A DNA stretch of 64,000 nt. Source: a virus (Duplodnaviria > Heunggongvirae > Uroviricota > Caudoviricetes). Within the stretch, counting starts at the first letter, position 1; every line of letters starts with the position of its first letter. Of the stretch, positions 19,416-26,725 are shown in pieces. Where the stretch lies: positions 11,687 to 75,686 of IMG/VR virus record IMGVR_UViG_3300047564_003701, one strand, 5' to 3'. A program made the position numbers and the translations under genes. The notes beneath the pieces are model-generated. The model saw only the letters and a program-made list of their open reading frames with translations. It searched no databases and had not been told where the DNA came from.

Positions 19416-19487
19416 TTAGCGATTAGCGATATACATAGTGATCTCAAAACCGTAACGCATTTCAGTAGCTTCTGGTTTGGTCCACAT
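19416..19487 (-). CDS. possible 23-aa micro-protein
   Basis: ATG 7 nt after a perfect AAGGAG. Frame encodes MWTKPEATEMRYGFEITMYIANR. Lies between the glycosyltransferase gene and the terminator. Confidence 0.25.
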   Translation of the reverse strand: MWTKPEATEMRYGFEITMYIANR

Positions 19488-19583
19488 AATGTTTCTCCTT
19501 TTTTACATCATTAAAAACATACTTGCATCAGTATGTATCTATATTATATGATAAAAACTACCAGAAAACCATAGTGAAATTCA

Positions 19584-20594
19584 TTAAATTATACTAATCA
19601 AATTGTTTTTGAAAATCTTCCAGCAATTTTCCCAAGTCCATTTTTCTGCAGTCTCTCTGACTCTTTCTCTATTATAATTGGCTGCTATACGAATACTAAG
19701 AGATAGATTTTCGCTCATATGTCCATTCACGCCTTGTTCCAAAATATCAATAGGACCAGGAACTGGATATGCGGCCACTGGTGTACCTAGACTAAGGCTT
19801 TCTATAATGACGATACCAAATGTATCTGTTCGGCTAGGGAAGCAAAATACATCTGCTTGTGCGTAGCAGTCTGCCAAATCGCTACCCGATTTATATCCCA
19901 GAAACTTTACTCTAGAATATTTTTTTTCTAACTCATTTCGGTAAGGGCCGTCCCCAACAATGGTTATATCAAACTCATTTTCTAAACGACACAGCTCATC
20001 TAGATTTTTTTCTTTGCTAACACGACCTACATATAGAACAGAAAGATTCAGATGAAGATACTTATGATGACTCCATTTAATGCTAGTTGATAGTGTTTCT
20101 CGATCTACTCCCCTGGTCCAAGAAACGATATCACCTTTAAATCCGTGTGATTTTAAATCGTCAACCATTGTATCAGTCGTAGTCAGTACTTTGCCGCTGT
20201 GTTTATGAAACCATCGAACATACCAATAAGTCCAACTTATGGGTATCTTGTATATTTCGTTTAAAAATTCAGGAAATTTAGTATGGTAACTAGTATTGTA
20301 ACGATAGCCGCGTTGGTCAAGATAAAGTCTAGCACACAGACCAACAGGACCCTCGGTGGCGATATGTATATAATCCGGAGATATCTCCTCAATCTTCTTG
20401 CCGATCTTCCTAGGAAGGCTAAGTTTAACTTCAGGGTAGCCTGGGCAACTAAAATGTAAGAACTCCCTGGGATCAAGGTATAAAAGGCTATACCCGTCCA
20501 AAACAGCGTGTTTCTCAATACTCTTGAAGGTCGTAACAACGCCATTGATCTGCTCCGGTAAATTATCAGTGATGACTAAGATTGTTTTATGCAT
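19584..20594 (-). CDS. glycosyltransferase, family 1 (GT4-like)
   Basis: C-terminal GT-B donor-binding motif (FCFPSRTDTFGIVIIESLSLGTPVAAY). Confidence 0.75.
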   Translation of the reverse strand: MHKTILVITDNLPEQINGVVTTFKSIEKHAVLDGYSLLYLDPREFLHFSCPGYPEVKLSLPRKIGKKIEEISPDYIHIATEGPVGLCARLYLDQRGYRYNTSYHTKFPEFLNEIYKIPISWTYWYVRWFHKHSGKVLTTTDTMVDDLKSHGFKGDIVSWTRGVDRETLSTSIKWSHHKYLHLNLSVLYVGRVSKEKNLDELCRLENEFDITIVGDGPYRNELEKKYSRVKFLGYKSGSDLADCYAQADVFCFPSRTDTFGIVIIESLSLGTPVAAYPVPGPIDILEQGVNGHMSENLSLSIRIAANYNRERVRETAEKWTWENCWKIFKNNLISII

Positions 20595-20654
20595 CTTCCC
20601 TCTACTCGAAAACTTTCAAACTTTAACCAATAGGTCATACTTTGTAACACCTGT

Positions 20655-21500
20655 TCACATTGTTGCTGTGTTTGGAACTGTAGGGTTATTCTTCCCGGTA
20701 TGTCGTTTGGGTTGTTTGTGTGAACTGCTATCAATATCATCAACCACATCATCTCGCTCCTTAGTCCACGTTACTATTTCCCAACGGCCGTCCCAATGTT
20801 CAACTAATGCTGTACAACTTTCGACCCAGTCACCGTCGTTCATATATGTGACACCGTTGATTTCTTTAATCTCTGCGTGATGTATGTGTCCGCAGATAAC
20901 GCCATCAAAGCCACGCTTCTTACAGTAGTTGGCTAAGTTCTCTTCAAATTTGAATACGAAGTCTACTGCTTTTTTAACTTTGTACTTAAGAAACTTGCTA
21001 AGGCTAAAGTACCCAAAACCCATACGGCGACGAATCCAATTAAATTTACTGTTGAGGTTAAGAACAACGTCATATGCTTTATCTCCTAAGAATGCTATCC
21101 AAGGTGCTAGGCGGGTGATGCCATCAAACAGGTCTCCGTGTACAACTAGATAGTGTTTGCCGTCTGCGCCTATATGTTCTACTTGATTATGTATTTCTAT
21201 TAGACCAAAATTGAAACCATATGGTATCATTGGTCTTAAAAATTCATCGTGATTGCCTGCTATGAATACAACTCGTGTGCCACGTTTAGCGTGTCCTAGT
21301 ACTCTGCGTACCACGTTAGTATGACTTTGTTTCCATCGCCATTTGTTTTGTTGTATCTTCCAAGCATCAATTATATCACCTACAAGATAAAGAGTGTCGC
21401 AGGTGTTGTGTTTAAGAAAGTTGTTGAGATGCTCGGCCTTACAATCTTTGGTGCCGAGATGTACGTCGGAAATAAAAATGGAACGGTAAGTTCGCTGCAT
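20655..21500 (-). CDS. calcineurin-like metallophosphoesterase, LpxH-like (UDP-2,3-diacylglucosamine hydrolase family)
   Basis: SDVHLG ... GDIIDAW ... AGNHDEF ... GH.H motifs in LpxH order. Confidence 0.6.
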   Translation of the reverse strand: MQRTYRSIFISDVHLGTKDCKAEHLNNFLKHNTCDTLYLVGDIIDAWKIQQNKWRWKQSHTNVVRRVLGHAKRGTRVVFIAGNHDEFLRPMIPYGFNFGLIEIHNQVEHIGADGKHYLVVHGDLFDGITRLAPWIAFLGDKAYDVVLNLNSKFNWIRRRMGFGYFSLSKFLKYKVKKAVDFVFKFEENLANYCKKRGFDGVICGHIHHAEIKEINGVTYMNDGDWVESCTALVEHWDGRWEIVTWTKERDDVVDDIDSSSHKQPKRHTGKNNPTVPNTATM

Positions 21501-21554
21501 AGCAGTATTTACCGTTCCTTGGTGTGTGTAATATTACAGATCAGTTACAAATAA

Positions 21555-21713
21555 TTAAATTTGAACTACGGTCCATCGGTGTGTAAAATGCTTACCTTCG
21601 GCCTTGCGTTTCAAGATTTTTTGGAACTCGTGTTTCTTAAGCTCTGCCATCTTCTTGGCGTCGTGGTCGAAGCAAGCCTTATACAGTTCCGCTATGAGCT
21701 TTTTCTGTCGCAT
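21555..21713 (-). CDS. possible small protein (52 aa)
   Basis: ATG preceded by GGAGG. Encodes [30 protein letters not shown].... Fills the gap between the LpxH-like and AhpD-like genes. Confidence 0.3.
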   Translation of the reverse strand: MRQKKLIAELYKACFDHDAKKMAELKKHEFQKILKRKAEGKHFTHRWTVVQI

Positions 21714-21741
21714 AGTCTTGCCCCTCCTTGTAATTTATTTA

Positions 21742-22251
21742 TTAACTGTTTAACACCTTAGCAACACTGTTCATTACAGCAGCGATGCGTCCAATGTCTC
21801 TCAACTGATCAACTGAATAACCTTCTGCCTTTAGTGTGTCGAAATGTGCCTTCACACAGAAATGACATTTGCCTACGATACTGGCTGCTAAACTATATGC
21901 CTCAAATCTTGCCTTTGTAGTACCGCCGTGACTGGCAATAGCATTCATACGCAGTTGTGGCGGGATGCCTTCTAGAGCACCGCCTACCATTTCAACATAT
22001 GGATACCAAACGTTGTTCTGCGCCATGATAGCCGATGCTGTCAATGCTGCGTCACGTTCTCTGAGATCTTCAATGCCACTAGATACAAATGTTACTAACT
22101 TACCGTTGCCTGTGGACATTGCGGCTGCTAAGGCACACCCTTGAGCTTCTATTGCATCTAATGTGCTACGGTTTATAACCGCGTCAAGGTTTAGTCTAGT
22201 GTCCTTAGCGTATTCCGGGAGTGCCTCTTTGATTTGTTCTACCCAACTCAT
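21742..22251 (-). CDS. AhpD-like alkylhydroperoxidase / carboxymuconolactone decarboxylase family
   Basis: AhpD-core CxxC-xxH signature (GKCHFCVKAH). Confidence 0.7.
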   Translation of the reverse strand: MSWVEQIKEALPEYAKDTRLNLDAVINRSTLDAIEAQGCALAAAMSTGNGKLVTFVSSGIEDLRERDAALTASAIMAQNNVWYPYVEMVGGALEGIPPQLRMNAIASHGGTTKARFEAYSLAASIVGKCHFCVKAHFDTLKAEGYSVDQLRDIGRIAAVMNSVAKVLNS

Positions 22252-22673
22252 TGTGTGTCTCCTTGTGTTTTCTTAGCGATCGCTTTGTATCCTTTATATG
22301 TAGGATGCACACCATCTGCACTTATTTCGTGATCCCTAGAGTCAATGACGACATCGTGATATTTCTCAGCGATTTTTTGTACGTTGGCTCTCTTGGTATC
22401 TTTGATAGCAGGAAGGATCCAATAGACCCTGTCCGCTTTTACTAAATGCCTTAAAGTGTGTAGTTCCTCATAGGTATTGATACTTTTATAGTCGTTTGAC
22501 CCTAGGCTGATAATCACAGTCTTTGCTTCTTTGTAATTAGTACCGGTGTATAGGATATGACGATTAACATAGTCATAACTATTGATACCACTCTTAGCAT
22601 AGGTCACACATTCTTTACGGATCTGTCCCACTCCAACTGCAAGGCTATCGCCTAAAATCAAACATTCTAACAT
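22248..22673 (-). CDS. SGNH/GDSL hydrolase
   Basis: Block I ILGDSLAVG, block III GSND and block V DGVHPT. Confidence 0.7.
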   Translation of the reverse strand: MLECLILGDSLAVGVGQIRKECVTYAKSGINSYDYVNRHILYTGTNYKEAKTVIISLGSNDYKSINTYEELHTLRHLVKADRVYWILPAIKDTKRANVQKIAEKYHDVVIDSRDHEISADGVHPTYKGYKAIAKKTQGDTQ

Positions 22674-22685
22674 AATATTGTTCCC

Positions 22686-23243
22686 TTAGAGAGTCTCGCC
22701 ACCAACTGTACGGTTACAAGCACATAGCTCGCCAGTTTGTAACGCATCCAATACACGAAGTGTTTCTTCTGGTGAGCGACCAACGTTCAAGTTGTTGACG
22801 GTAACGTGTTGGATAACGTTGTCTGGATCAACAATGAATGTGGCACGAAGTGCAGCACCTGCTGGAGCATAGAACACGCCGAGCTGATTAATCAGGCTTA
22901 GATCTTCCATGGTGTTGTCATTCCAACGCTGCGTATCTGCAAACTGTGTATGCGTGATCTTTTGTAGATCTGGGTGTGCCTTTTGCCAGCTGACTTTACA
23001 GAACTCGTTGTCTGTTGAACCTGTGAGCAGTACTGCATCACGGTCGGCAAAGTCGCCGGCTAGTTTGTCGTAGGCTACAATTTCTGTAGGGCAAACGAAT
23101 GTAAAGTCCTTTGGGTAGTAAACGATTACTTTCCACTTACCTTCAAAACTTTGGTCTGTAATGTCAAAGAACGCATCTTCTGGTTGACCAGGCTTGACAC
23201 CTGTTACTGCGAATTTTTCTAATTTATCACCAACTGTTTTCAT
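22686..23243 (-). CDS. peroxiredoxin (AhpC/TSA family)
   Basis: FTFVCPTEI peroxidatic Cys motif. Start placed at the internal ATG at 23243, which has an AAGGAGAAG SD. The longer ORF in the track is probably an upstream artefact. Confidence 0.8.
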   Translation of the reverse strand: MKTVGDKLEKFAVTGVKPGQPEDAFFDITDQSFEGKWKVIVYYPKDFTFVCPTEIVAYDKLAGDFADRDAVLLTGSTDNEFCKVSWQKAHPDLQKITHTQFADTQRWNDNTMEDLSLINQLGVFYAPAGAALRATFIVDPDNVIQHVTVNNLNVGRSPEETLRVLDALQTGELCACNRTVGGETL

Positions 23244-23384
23244 ATCTTCTCCTTGTGTGTGTTTGAAAACTTCAATAACTCTGTATTGTATGTGTATATT
23301 ATATATCCTATTAAAATGCAAAATCAATAGATTTTTTCTAAATATTTTTTTATGACGATCATAGGAAAAATCAATAACGAAAAG

Positions 23385-23416
23385 AAAGCGGCCCGAAGGC
23401 CGCTTTACTATTTTGG
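23385..23416. terminator. intrinsic terminator (hairpin GCGGCC-cgaa-GGCCGC with flanking T/A runs)
   Basis: On the minus strand the hairpin is followed by TTTCTTTTCGTT. Positioned at the 3' end of the tmRNA coding piece. Confidence 0.5.
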
Positions 23417-23740
23417 TTGACAAGGCATAGTTGCCCCGGAGTGGCAGTTTCTTAGGCTGCTAGAGCGAATCTACCTTCATTAGCTGCACCAACGGTGTTG
23501 CCTGTGAAGTTCAATGCGCCAAACTCAAATGTATCTGCGTTTGCATTTACGTTTTTTGCTTCTGCGACCGGGTTACTCCAATCCTACGGGTTCTGCTTTC
23601 CCGAGCTGTCCACTCTGTTACTCTTTGCCCTGTCGAAACCATGTACACCCCCAACGCAGGATACTTTTAAAATATCCTCCGGTGGAGGTGGGGAGATTCG
23701 AACTCCCGTCCAGAACACTTTTCTCTTTGCTTCATACAGC
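23405..23740 (-). ncRNA. ssrA: circularly permuted (two-piece, alphaproteobacterial-type) tmRNA, ssrA
   Basis: Minus strand, acceptor piece: T-arm GGGAG-TTCGAAT-CTCCC, then 3' acceptor strand CACCTCC, discriminator A and CC (plus 23681..23707). A short intervening hairpin follows (GGATA..TATCC). Coding piece begins GGGGGTG-TACAT-GGTTTCGACAGGG at plus 23652. Its first 7 nt pair perfectly with the 3' acceptor strand, including G3:U70. An internal frame ends GCAGCTAATGAAGGTAGATTCGCTCTAGCAGCC-TAA, i.e. AANEGRFALAA-stop (23452..23487). The terminator follows. Confidence 0.75.
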
Positions 23741-23748
23741 AATAACTT

Positions 23749-24159
23749 TTATTTAATCCAACCTATCTTTTCGCCAGCATCTTTGCGACGATCATGTTCT
23801 TCTGGAGTATTTGGATATCTCCAGGCCCAAACAGCGACCAATGCCATAAACACTGCTGTTGAAATAATACCGATAAGTTTTACCCCACCTGTCCACATTA
23901 GTATAAGGCTTAATGACATCATTGTCAACATCAAATAACGTAGTTTTTGAGGAAAAACTCTTTTTTCGCTCCAATTGGTTAAAAATGGTCCGAAAATCTT
24001 ATGATTGTAAATCCAACGATGCATACGCTCACTGCCCTTAGAAAAACAATAAGCTGAAAATACAATAAACGGGCTGTAAGGAATTCCAGGTGTGATCAAT
24101 CCGATATAGGCCAGTCCTAAACTAATAAATCCTAAAACATTCCAAAATAATTTTTTCAT
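23749..24159 (-). CDS. YbaN/DUF454-family inner membrane protein
   Basis: MKKLFWNVLGFISLGLAYIGLITPGIPYSPFIVFSAYCFSKGSERMHRW parallels E. coli YbaN. Start taken at the internal ATG at 24159. Confidence 0.6.
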   Translation of the reverse strand: MKKLFWNVLGFISLGLAYIGLITPGIPYSPFIVFSAYCFSKGSERMHRWIYNHKIFGPFLTNWSEKRVFPQKLRYLMLTMMSLSLILMWTGGVKLIGIISTAVFMALVAVWAWRYPNTPEEHDRRKDAGEKIGWIK

Positions 24160-24161
24160 TT

Positions 24162-24425
24162 TTATCCCGCAAATACATCTGATGAACCTGTCGCAGCGTG
24201 TCCGCAACTGGCTGTGTCTCCTGCTCGGCATACCGGTATATTATGAGCGAAAACAGTTCCGCTAGCACCTACCATAACAGGGCCGCTGTGAGGTGATCTT
24301 CCGTGACCAGATATGGCCGCTCCCTTAACTACTATAGGTGCATTATTGACAAAGACCGTAGGTGCAAGATTACCGACTATGGTACCTCCTGCTTGATCTA
24401 CCCCTACTCTTGAGATTCCTGGCAT
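24162..24425 (-). CDS. PAAR-repeat protein (spike-tip, T4 gp5.4-like)
   Basis: ~87 aa Gly/Val-rich with repeated 'G.AA.SGHG / VMVGASG / CRAGDTASCGH' PAAR-type beta-turn motifs. Confidence 0.65.
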   Translation of the reverse strand: MPGISRVGVDQAGGTIVGNLAPTVFVNNAPIVVKGAAISGHGRSPHSGPVMVGASGTVFAHNIPVCRAGDTASCGHAATGSSDVFAG

Positions 24426-24426
24426 A

Positions 24427-24882
24427 TTAAAAAACCGTTGGTAAAGAACTAACTTTATCTTTGTATTGATTAAATTTGGCCAATGCTTCTGCTACTTTTT
24501 CAGCCGATATATTGTTTGTCTCTTCCAGTATTTTACCTTCTTCGATGAAGAGTTTATACAATGATAAAAGTCCTACCCATTCCCAAGGTCCTACAAAATG
24601 TACTCCTGTACCTTCAGCAAGTTCTTTAACTTTTTTCTGATAAGTTTCAATAGCTGTTAGTTTTGTGGCTATAGTTGTTTGTTGGGTAGCTATAGTTGTT
24701 TGTTGGGTAGCCATGCTTTCTACAGCAGTTTTTATAGCAGTAGAATTCGTTGCTAGGGTTTCTAAAGCTGTAGCTATTCTATCATAATACAAAGTGTAAT
24801 CTATGGCTACCGCTACGCCTTCGCTGACACTTTCTCCAGTTACTACTGGTCTACTGTTTGGGTTGACTAATGTAATTGCCAT
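24427..24882 (-). CDS. hypothetical protein with internal tandem repeat
   Basis: Contains a perfect 21-nt x2 tandem repeat encoding ATQQTTI-ATQQTTI. Confidence 0.4.
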   Translation of the reverse strand: MAITLVNPNSRPVVTGESVSEGVAVAIDYTLYYDRIATALETLATNSTAIKTAVESMATQQTTIATQQTTIATKLTAIETYQKKVKELAEGTGVHFVGPWEWVGLLSLYKLFIEEGKILEETNNISAEKVAEALAKFNQYKDKVSSLPTVF

Positions 24883-24886
24883 TTAA

Positions 24887-25177
24887 TTACCTCATCGCTA
24901 TACCAGTTGTCCCTGATAGATATTGATCTGAGAATTCTTTGTCAGATGCTTCTATAACGACCACAGTTGATTTATTCATTTTAATTTCTTTATCGGGGCT
25001 AACAGTAAAAAGATAAGGCACCATCCCTATGCCCTTAGGACTCATGCTGAGAACTAACGGCTTAGATAGCTTATAATGCATCGGACCGTCTTCTACTAAC
25101 TTTGCTACTAATTCTTCTCCGCTGGTGAGTTTTAGAGTGACCACTTCACCTATTGCCACGCCTTTGTCAATTAACAT
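24887..25177 (-). CDS. hypothetical protein
   Basis: 96-aa ORF with no recognisable domain. Confidence 0.4.
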   Translation of the reverse strand: MLIDKGVAIGEVVTLKLTSGEELVAKLVEDGPMHYKLSKPLVLSMSPKGIGMVPYLFTVSPDKEIKMNKSTVVVIEASDKEFSDQYLSGTTGIAMR

Positions 25178-25191
25178 TCTATTTTCCTATT

Positions 25192-25440
25192 TTAATACCC
25201 GGTACCGTTAAATCCGGTTTCGTCGATATATTTTCTTAATTCTGTGAATCCGCCAATTACATTGCCATTGATGATAATTTGCGGTACTGTTCGAGCTGTA
25301 GGCACTTCTTCGAGCAATTCTTCTTTGGTGTATCCGTCGCCAATTTTCTTTTCTACAAATCGTATGTTACGTTGTCCCAATAATGCTTTGGCTTGATCAC
25401 AGTGGGTACAGTTATATTTGCTCCAAACTACTACTTCCAT
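25192..25440 (-). CDS. glutaredoxin-like protein (NrdC/NrdH-like)
   Basis: 82 aa with a CTHC active site near the N-terminus and the thioredoxin-fold TVPQIIINGNVIGG motif. Adjacent to the RNR genes. Confidence 0.75.
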   Translation of the reverse strand: MEVVVWSKYNCTHCDQAKALLGQRNIRFVEKKIGDGYTKEELLEEVPTARTVPQIIINGNVIGGFTELRKYIDETGFNGTGY

Positions 25441-25446
25441 TTTTAT

Positions 25447-25620
25447 TTCCTTTCAACTTGAGTAAATCACGGAACCCTTGTTATCAGTCACTCTGACTAA
25501 CAAGGCTCCCATATTCTTTCTATTTAATGCCGCCTGTATAGCAGCAGCTTCATTTCCATAAGAACCAATAGTAGTCCAAGACTCATAAGGACTTTTATTT
25601 TTAAACTGTGCTTTGTACAT
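25447..25620 (-). CDS. possible small protein (57 aa)
   Basis: Fills the 180-nt gap between grx and nrdB. Its ATG lies just downstream of the nrdB stop on the minus strand. Encodes MYKAQFKNKSPYESWTTIGSYGNEAAAIQAALNRKNMGALLVRVTDNKGSVIYSS. Confidence 0.3.
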
Positions 25621-25622
25621 AA

Positions 25623-26723
25623 TTATAGTTCCGGCAAAGACTCGTAGTCTATAGCATCTCCCATAACACCTATAATGTAATTAGTCGATTCGTTCTCTTG
25701 TAACGCAGTTTGTTTCTTTGAAGTATCGCTGTGTTTATTGAACCAAGGAATTGGATTGGTTTTAGGTGCAGGGTAAGAATATTTTATACCAATTTCTTTC
25801 AGTGCATTGGCCGCAGTAAAATCTACGAAATCTTTCAAAATGTTTGCATTCAAGCCAATGACAGGGCCTTTCTTGAATAGATAATCAGCCCATTCTTTTT
25901 CTTCTCGAATCACACCTAAATACATCTGATAAACTTCTTGTTCGCATTCTTGTTTGGCTTTGACAAATCTAGGATCTTCTTTAACTACTTGATTAATCAA
26001 GTAGGCTGTCCATCCTTTGTGTAGTAATTCATCTTGTAGGATCAAGCTGATGATGTTGCCGTTGCCGATAAAGATCTTATTCTCTACCATTGCTAACGAT
26101 GTAGCGAATGATACCATAAAGCGGAATGCCTCTAAAGCGTAACTGGCATTCAGTGCTAGCCAGATTGCTTTGATGTGTTCGAATTCATCAAATTTTTCTC
26201 CTAGCTCTTTACGACAGTTGATCATATGCAATCGATCATAGTAATAGCCTACACTACTTGCCATCTCAACGATTTCTTTAGTGTCGTGGATTGTGTTGAA
26301 CACTTCCTTAGGCACGTTATAGATGTTACGGATGATGTGACTGTAACTGCGACTGTGAATGTTGGTTTCGAAGAATGTCCAATTGTAGACTAATGCTTCT
26401 AATTCTGGCAGGCCCACGACTGGTGTAAAGATCTGACTTGGTCCACGCCCTTGCAGACTGTCAAGAGCAGTTTGACGTAGTAGGTTACTGGTGAAGATAT
26501 GTTTAACTGCATCTGATGCATCCTTAAAGTCTTGTGAATCTTTAGTTAGACTAATCTCTTCAGGCACCCAAAAGAATCCCCTAGCAGTCTTTTCAAAATC
26601 TACAATTTTGTTATATTTTACTTCTTCAAATCGTTGAATGGTAACTGGACCTGCAGGGTCTAGAAACATCTTACGATTTGAGTAATCGGTTTTGGTTGAT
26701 AGGTTATATTGTTGTTTGCTCAT
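25623..26723 (-). CDS. nrdB: ribonucleotide reductase class Ia, beta subunit
   Basis: Ferritin-like di-iron protein. Conserved Glu/His ligand helices and the C-terminal tail. Confidence 0.85.
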   Translation of the reverse strand: MSKQQYNLSTKTDYSNRKMFLDPAGPVTIQRFEEVKYNKIVDFEKTARGFFWVPEEISLTKDSQDFKDASDAVKHIFTSNLLRQTALDSLQGRGPSQIFTPVVGLPELEALVYNWTFFETNIHSRSYSHIIRNIYNVPKEVFNTIHDTKEIVEMASSVGYYYDRLHMINCRKELGEKFDEFEHIKAIWLALNASYALEAFRFMVSFATSLAMVENKIFIGNGNIISLILQDELLHKGWTAYLINQVVKEDPRFVKAKQECEQEVYQMYLGVIREEKEWADYLFKKGPVIGLNANILKDFVDFTAANALKEIGIKYSYPAPKTNPIPWFNKHSDTSKKQTALQENESTNYIIGVMGDAIDYESLPEL

Positions 26724-26725
26724 AA

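Noticed and set aside
23683-23720. Apparent stand-alone tRNA 3' fragment (T-arm + acceptor + CC), possibly a prophage att site
   Set aside because: No D-arm or anticodon arm upstream. Its exact 7-nt partner strand (GGGGGTG) lies 30 nt downstream, followed by the tmRNA D-loop analogue, so this is the acceptor piece of a permuted tmRNA, not a tRNA remnant.
23495-23938. Plus-strand ORFs 23495..23938 and 23514..23756 from the six-frame track
   Set aside because: They lie across the tmRNA gene and its terminator, have no SD, and encode low-complexity sequence. They are an artefact of the structured RNA gene.
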